Notes under the pieces: generated by a model
What the model was told of the DNA's origin: nothing
Database searches by the model: none
Seen by the model: the letters and a program-made list of their open reading frames with translations, nothing else
Made by a program: the position numbers and the translations under genes
Part shown: positions 58,585 through 64,000 of the stretch, in pieces
How the letters are laid out: the number at the start of each line of letters is the position of its first letter
How positions within the stretch are numbered: the first letter of the stretch is position 1
NCBI GenBank assembly: GCA_965243025.1
Contig: CBDETY010000003.1
Location: forward strand, 3,840,001 to 3,904,000
Origin: Candidatus Latescibacterota bacterium
GTDB lineage: Bacteria > Latescibacterota > UBA2968 > UBA8231
DNA length: 64,000 bases
Direction of reading: 5' to 3'

Positions 58585-59382
58585 TTACGCCTCCACCCCC
58601 TGGACCTTTCCGGGCTCCAGCCCCATCGACTGGTGCTGCCGGCGCGCCGAGGCGAGGTAGCGCTGGTGGGCCTCCTCGTCGAGGCGGCAGCTCTCGCCGT
58701 ACATCACCATGGCGAAGGCGCGGCGGTGCCGCGTCGCCGACTGGTTCGGGTCGGCCCGGTGGATGATCTCGCAGTGGTGCACCGCCGCATCTCCCGGCTG
58801 CAGGTGGATGGCAACCTCCCGCGCTTCGTCGTCGGGCCCGAAGTCGGAGATTCCCTGCGAGAATCCGAGCACGCTGGTCGCCGCGTGGGGGCGCAGGCCG
58901 CGCTTGTGGGCTCCGGCGACGTAGCGCAGGCAGCCGTTCTCTTCGTCGACCGGGTCGAGGGCCAGCCAGATGGTCGCCGCATTGGCCGGCTTGAGGTTGA
59001 AGTAGTAGTTGTCCTGGTGCGGAGGGGTCGGATGCAGGGTGTCGGGCGGCTTGTTGAACCACTCCGGCTCCTTGGCCTCCACCGCTTCCCCGAGCAGGTC
59101 CTCGGCCAGCCTCACCCAGCGCGGATGCCGGGCGTACCCGGCGAAGAACGGATCGTTCCCCCCCATGTGCTGCATCTGCTTCAGGGTCCCGGGGCGGCCG
59201 CGGTCCTGGTAGAAGGCGTCGGAGTCCGGCAGGGTCGGCACGACGTCGCGGATGTAGCGGTCGAGGTTCTCCCGCAGCTCGGCGAACTCCTCCCCGGCGA
59301 GGAACTGCGGCACCACCGCGTAGCCGTCGCGGTCGAAGCCGGGTTTGTGAGCGGCGAATGTTTCGGTGACAGTGTCGGTCAT
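58585..59382 (-). CDS. PhyH-family dioxygenase
   Basis: FDRDGY, FNKP, TPPHQDN.Y, IWLALD.VDEENGCL, IHRA. Confidence 0.92.
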   Translation of the reverse strand: MTDTVTETFAAHKPGFDRDGYAVVPQFLAGEEFAELRENLDRYIRDVVPTLPDSDAFYQDRGRPGTLKQMQHMGGNDPFFAGYARHPRWVRLAEDLLGEAVEAKEPEWFNKPPDTLHPTPPHQDNYYFNLKPANAATIWLALDPVDEENGCLRYVAGAHKRGLRPHAATSVLGFSQGISDFGPDDEAREVAIHLQPGDAAVHHCEIIHRADPNQSATRHRRAFAMVMYGESCRLDEEAHQRYLASARRQHQSMGLEPGKVQGVEA

Positions 59383-59442
59383 CGGTCGCTCCTCCATCGG
59401 TCAATAGGCATGTAAATATAACTGCCGGCTGCCGGGAGGCGG

Positions 59443-61668
59443 TCAGCTCGCCTCGAACCGGCGCAGCACGTTGCCGGTGATGCGGGAGACGTTGTTGTCG
59501 TAGCCGTTCCAGGAAAGGCAGCCGCACCAGCTGATCGAGCCGACGGAGAAGACCGCCCCGCCCTTCGGGCCTTCGTAGTAGACCATGTCGGCGCGCACGA
59601 GCGGGTTGCTGCCGCCGGTCGGCGGCCCGGAGGCCTTCTGGTCTTCGATCGCCAGCTGGTACTCGTCGGAATGCCCCCACGAGGAAGCGAGCAGGAGGGC
59701 GTGGGCCGGCGTTCCCAGCTCGTGGTCGAGGCGGTCGATCTCGAAGCCGGCGGCGCCGTGCCCGTACACCAGGGAGGGGAAGTCCCCGATCAGCTCGTCG
59801 CCGCCGATCCCCTCGAAAATGAAGGCCGCCCGCTCGTCGAAGCTGCCGGGCAGGCGCCGGTAGGGCCGGTTCTCGCCGCTGCCCATCGCAACAAACCCGA
59901 CGCCCACCGTTTTCTGCGGGGCGCGGTTGCGCAGCCGCCACAGGCCGCCCTGCTCCCCGGTGGTGCTGTGGTGGTACTCCCCCGGCATCGCCTCCCAGGC
60001 GCGCGTGCCGCCCCAGCGCCTGACCTCGATGACGTGCGGCCGCTCCGGGTCGAAGGAGGTGACCCAGTAGAGGCCGTTGCCGCCGAGGTACATCAGCCGG
60101 CCCCCGGCCGCCTGGTAGGACTGCATCGCGTCGAGCATCCGCAGGGTCCAGTACTCGGGATGAGTGCCGGTGACGACGACGCGGTACCGCTCCAGCAGCT
60201 CGGCACCCTCGAAGTGGAGGTCGTCGTCGCTGATCACGTCGTACCCGAACCCCCGGGCGTCCATCCAGTCGAGGAGGTGGAAGTCGGCGTTGAGGCCGTG
60301 CGGCCAGCCGGCGGCCAGCGACAGCTCGGCGTTCCGGTACCCCGGCTTCATGTTCATGATCGGCCGCAGGCGGGAGGAGTAGCAGACCCCGGTGCCGTCG
60401 CTGTGCATGTCGTAGAGGCTCATCAGGTCGTGGTCGCGCATGTACTGGTCGCGCGGACCGGCCCGCCCGCTGTCGCGGCGGCCGAGCTCGACCCGCATCG
60501 GGTCGTTGTACTGCTGGTTGGCGTAGGCGAGGTAGGAGACCGACGGGGCGAGAAAGGCGATGCGGGACTGCGGGCGGCCGCGGAAGGGCCTGACCGCGAA
60601 CGGCACGAAATCCTCCTCCCCGCCGGCGCGCAGCCGCGCCGCGTAGATGCCGCTGGGCAGCCCCTCGGGGATCTTCCACTCGAAGCCGGGCTCCCACCCG
60701 GCATCCTCGAGGTCGTCGTCGTGGAAGTGGATGGCTCCGTACTCGGAGGGCATCGCCCTGAAATCCGCCTCGCGGCCGCTCCAGTTGCGGCCCGCGGCCC
60801 CCCGCATCGGCAGGTTGACGGCGCGGCCGTGAAGACCGTTGGCGGAGGTGTCGGTCACCCGCGACGACGGGATGTCGAGGGAGAAATCCCAGCTGGCGAC
60901 CAGGTCCCCGGCGGCGACAGATTCTTCCCCAGTCCGGAGCCGCTCGATCTCTCCGGCGGCGAGGGCGCGCCGGAAAAGGCGGGGGCCGTCGATCCTGCCG
61001 TTGAAATGGGCGGTGGGGACAAGGGGGCCTTCCCCGGGGCGCCCCCAGTACGCCGCCATCAGGAAGTCGCGGGAGTTTGCCCCGACTGCCGGTTTTCCGA
61101 CGGTTTCCGCAACCGCTCCCGAGGGGTTGTCGAGGGGCCAGTCGGCCAGCGGCTTCTGGTACAGGCAGGCCTCGGCGGCGACGGGGTCCCAGGTGGCGGC
61201 AACCGAGTACCAGCGGGAAGCCCTCAGGCCGGCGCCGATTCCGATTCTTTCGACTTCCCCCTTGCCCGAGCCGAGCCAGAGCGCCAGGCAGCCGTCCCCG
61301 TCGATGACCAGGGCATAGCCGGTCTGCTCCGGTTCGCACCATTTCGTCAGCAGGCCCTGGACCCCCTTCTGCGGCGTCGTCGGATAAACCCAGGCGTGCA
61401 GGGTGAACCCGTCTTCGCAGTCGAGGCGGGGATCGCGCGGCACGGCCACCGACGAGCCGCTGCGGATCGGCTGCGGCCTGCCCGGGTACTCGCCGGCGAC
61501 GTCGGAGTCGACAGGATCGAACCTGAAGCCGGGGCCGGCGGGGTTCTCGTCGAGGTGGCGCAGGCGGACGATGTCGCCGCGGTAGGCCGGGGGCTCGCTG
61601 CTGACCATGAAGCGGACCGTCTCCCCCGGGGCGACGCTGAAGCGGTCGCTGTACCCGACGAGCTTCAT
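59443..61668 (-). CDS. N,N-dimethylformamidase large subunit family protein
   Basis: GYSD..SV.PGE, LamG-like insert, AIHFHDDD, YLAYAN, SLYD.HSDG.GV.YSS..RP, HPEY, YLGGNG.YW, VFSVGSI.W. Confidence 0.92.
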   Translation of the reverse strand: MKLVGYSDRFSVAPGETVRFMVSSEPPAYRGDIVRLRHLDENPAGPGFRFDPVDSDVAGEYPGRPQPIRSGSSVAVPRDPRLDCEDGFTLHAWVYPTTPQKGVQGLLTKWCEPEQTGYALVIDGDGCLALWLGSGKGEVERIGIGAGLRASRWYSVAATWDPVAAEACLYQKPLADWPLDNPSGAVAETVGKPAVGANSRDFLMAAYWGRPGEGPLVPTAHFNGRIDGPRLFRRALAAGEIERLRTGEESVAAGDLVASWDFSLDIPSSRVTDTSANGLHGRAVNLPMRGAAGRNWSGREADFRAMPSEYGAIHFHDDDLEDAGWEPGFEWKIPEGLPSGIYAARLRAGGEEDFVPFAVRPFRGRPQSRIAFLAPSVSYLAYANQQYNDPMRVELGRRDSGRAGPRDQYMRDHDLMSLYDMHSDGTGVCYSSRLRPIMNMKPGYRNAELSLAAGWPHGLNADFHLLDWMDARGFGYDVISDDDLHFEGAELLERYRVVVTGTHPEYWTLRMLDAMQSYQAAGGRLMYLGGNGLYWVTSFDPERPHVIEVRRWGGTRAWEAMPGEYHHSTTGEQGGLWRLRNRAPQKTVGVGFVAMGSGENRPYRRLPGSFDERAAFIFEGIGGDELIGDFPSLVYGHGAAGFEIDRLDHELGTPAHALLLASSWGHSDEYQLAIEDQKASGPPTGGSNPLVRADMVYYEGPKGGAVFSVGSISWCGCLSWNGYDNNVSRITGNVLRRFEAS

Positions 61669-62036
61669 GGGCCCGCGGCCTCCAGGGCCTCCCGCGGCCG
61701 GACCGGGAGATGCCGGTTGCTCCGGGACAAAGCTGCGTCCGCAGTTGTCGGCGAGGCTGAAGACACCGGAGAGATCGCAAAGCAACTGCTCGCCAACCCG
61801 TGATAGCTGGTTCCCTGGTTTTCCATGGCTTCTGCAGGCGTTTTCCTGCCGGATTCGGGTTGGGTTGGAAAAACGCCAACCACAGGATGCCCTGCAAAGG
61901 AAGCTGAAAACCATGGGTTGCGCGAAACAGGGAGATTGGTCAGTTAGATGCGGGACGGGATTTGTCGCACCTGCGGGCAATGACCCATGGGGTTTTTCAA
62001 TGTCCAGACACGGAGGTTCAAAGGAGGGATGACAGG

Positions 62037-64000
62037 ATGATACCATTGCCGTTTCTGTGGTTGATCCTCGCGTCCGTTGCGGTCAGGGCCCTGCCGGACG
62101 GCCATATCGAGGGAACGGTCACAGAGGAGACAGGGGCGCCGCTTTTCGGTGCCAACATCACCGTGACCTCCTCCACCGGGGAGTACCAGACCGGTACCGC
62201 CGCGGTCGCGGAAGGGCGGTTCCGCATCGCCGTTCCCGAGGACAGCTACCGGGTCGAAATCACCTTTATCGGCTACAAGTCCGAGCTCCTGGAAAACGTG
62301 CAGGTGCGAGCCGGCGAGACCACCCGGATCGACGCGGTCCTGGCGGAGCAGATCATCTATCTCGGGCAGAGCGTGGTTTCCGCCTCCCGCCGGCAGGAGA
62401 AGGTCCTCGATGCCCCGGCCTCGGTCGCAATCCTCGAGGGCAGCGAGATCCGCGACGTCCCGGCGCTCAGCGTCGGCGATCACATCAAGGACCTGCCGGG
62501 GGTGGACTTCGCGAAGACCGGAGTGGCGCGGAGCAACGCCGTGGTGCGCGGCTTCAACAACGTCTTCTCCGGGACCCTGCTCACCCTGACGGACAACCGC
62601 ATCGCCCGGGTGCCCTCCCTGCGGGTCAACGCCTTCAATTTCATCCCCCTCACCAACGACGACGTCGAACGCATCGAGGTGGTTCTCGGGCCGGGGTCTG
62701 CCCTGTACGGACCCAACAGCGCCGACGGGGTCATGCACATCATCACCCGTTCCCCGTTTGCCTCCCGGGGCACCAGCGTCAACCTCGGGTTGGGGGAGCG
62801 CAGCCTGCGCCAGACCGCGTTTCGCCACGCAGGCGCGGTGGGTGACCGGCTGGGGTACAAGGTTTCCACCCAGTTCTACACGAGCACCGAGTGGGAGTAC
62901 ACCGACCCCGAGGAGGTGGTGGCCCGGGAACTGAGGCAGGCTGCGATAGAGGCCGGAGCGGATCTGCCGCCCCTCGAAGCGCGCGATCACGACTCGATGA
63001 CCCGGAGCGTCGAAGCGCGGCTGGACTGGCGCCCCACGGACAACCTGACGGCCATTCTATCGGCGGGGCACAGCAAGTCCGACGTGGTCGGGCTGACCGG
63101 CGTGGGGGCGTCGCAGACGCTGGACTGGCAGTACAACTACACCCAGCTGCGGCTGCTCTACCGCGACTGGTTCCTCCAGGCCTTCCGCAACTGGAACGAT
63201 GCGGGGGGCACCTATCTGCTGCGCACCGGCGATCCCATCGTCGACAGTTCCTCTCTCAACGTGTTCCAGGCGCAGCACACCTCCCGCCTGGGCGGGCGCC
63301 AGCGCTTCACCTACGGTTTCGACGCCCTGCTGACGCGGCCGGACACCGACGGCACCATCATGGGCGGGAACGAGGAGGACGACGACCTCAACGAGTTCGG
63401 CGGGTACCTGCAGAGCGAGACCTCCCTGGCCGATCCCCTCGACCTCGTGCTGGCCCTGCGCTACGACTACCACAGCCGCCTCGCGGATCCGGAGCTGTCG
63501 CCGCGGGCCGCCCTGGTGTTCAAGCCGCGGGAGACCCAGACCCTGCGGCTGACCTTCAACCGGGCTTTCAGCACCCCCACCTCGAACAACCTCTACCTCG
63601 ACATAATCACCCAACGGGATCCGTTCGGCCTGAGCCCGAGTTTCACCCCGCTGTTCAGCGCGCTCGGCGCGGGAGAGTTCAAGCCGATCGATATCTGGAC
63701 CCAGGGCAACTACCGGAGAAGCTCCGGCTACGGCTTCACCTTCCGGAGGGACGAAGCGGGCCGGCCCCTCTTCCGCTCCCCCTTCTCGCCGCTGGTGGCA
63801 GGCCAGGCCGCCCTTTCGGGCCTGTCCCCCGGGGATGCCGGTTATCCCATCGGACCGAACGGGTACATCCCCATGGACCACCCCCTGGTCACCAACGCGA
63901 TGTGGGGAATCGGGAGGGAGGGGGTGCTGGCCGGGTTCGGGCCCGCCTTCCGGCAGGTCGCCGCCGCCGCCATGATTGCCCAGGGCGTGGAGTCGGAGGA
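62037..64000 (+). CDS. TonB-dependent receptor with N-terminal carboxypeptidase-regulatory-like domain, partial
   Basis: Not in ORF track; MIPLPFLWLILASVAVRA|LPDGHIEGTV...GAN...FIGY...VVSASRR.EK..DAPASV...DVERIEVVLGPGSALYGPN..GV; AAGGAGG RBS. Confidence 0.93.
   Translation, partial: MIPLPFLWLILASVAVRALPDGHIEGTVTEETGAPLFGANITVTSSTGEYQTGTAAVAEGRFRIAVPEDSYRVEITFIGYKSELLENVQVRAGETTRIDAVLAEQIIYLGQSVVSASRRQEKVLDAPASVAILEGSEIRDVPALSVGDHIKDLPGVDFAKTGVARSNAVVRGFNNVFSGTLLTLTDNRIARVPSLRVNAFNFIPLTNDDVERIEVVLGPGSALYGPNSADGVMHIITRSPFASRGTSVNLGLGERSLRQTAFRHAGAVGDRLGYKVSTQFYTSTEWEYTDPEEVVARELRQAAIEAGADLPPLEARDHDSMTRSVEARLDWRPTDNLTAILSAGHSKSDVVGLTGVGASQTLDWQYNYTQLRLLYRDWFLQAFRNWNDAGGTYLLRTGDPIVDSSSLNVFQAQHTSRLGGRQRFTYGFDALLTRPDTDGTIMGGNEEDDDLNEFGGYLQSETSLADPLDLVLALRYDYHSRLADPELSPRAALVFKPRETQTLRLTFNRAFSTPTSNNLYLDIITQRDPFGLSPSFTPLFSALGAGEFKPIDIWTQGNYRRSSGYGFTFRRDEAGRPLFRSPFSPLVAGQAALSGLSPGDAGYPIGPNGYIPMDHPLVTNAMWGIGREGVLAGFGPAFRQVAAAAMIAQGVESE

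Noticed and set aside
61800-62020. Cobalamin or TPP riboswitch ahead of the TBDR
   Set aside because: B12-box and TPP consensus motifs not found by eye; kept only as an unknown structure
62029-62040. Mini-ORF ATG-ACA-GGA-TGA overlapping the TBDR start
   Set aside because: Too close to the SD to initiate efficiently; ATG 62037 has normal spacing
1-64000. CRISPR array, rRNA, tRNA, integrase, reverse transcriptase/DGR
   Set aside because: No regularly spaced repeats, RNA gene signatures or such ORFs seen; the three tag-family paralogs differ throughout rather than only at adenines, so no TR/VR pair

Overview
High-GC bacterial window with about 50 CDS, apparently from a heterotroph with large paralog expansions. 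It contains 5 PhyH-like Fe/2OG dioxygenases, 3 HpcH aldolases, 2 DHDPS-like lyases, several beta-propeller glycosidase-like proteins, gnd, uxuA-like genes, an iolG/iolD cluster, a capsule/EPS locus, a DMFase large subunit and a TonB-dependent receptor running off the end. This repertoire, with NHL and GOLPH3 proteins and 'W-G/A-R-I-K' C-termini, resembles Latescibacterota/Poribacteria-like, often sponge-associated bacteria (inference). Accessory DNA is the most interesting part. (i) Three diverged paralogs of a secreted protein end in a conserved 'V-E/K-xxx-W-G/A-RIKASL' tag; one is inserted with a 35-bp duplication of its neighbour's RBS and start codons, and two flank an IS256 relic. (ii) An Rpn/YhgA-like nuclease has an internal AAGGAGG-ATG (candidate intragenic antitoxin) and is bracketed by ~110-bp direct repeats shaped like promoter-RNA-terminator units. 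(iii) There is a tandem SRA-like-HNH plus SBD-HNH modification-dependent restriction pair. (iv) A 66-bp palindromic element is inserted in frame in a propeller protein. (v) An intact IS256 with 8-bp TSD disrupts a DUF5678-like/aspartic-protease pair. (vi) An orphan CoxII-like lipoprotein with a broken CuA site is coupled to an ASPIC/UnbV protein. No rRNA, tRNA or CRISPR array was seen. All family calls come from motif recognition by eye; no searches were run.
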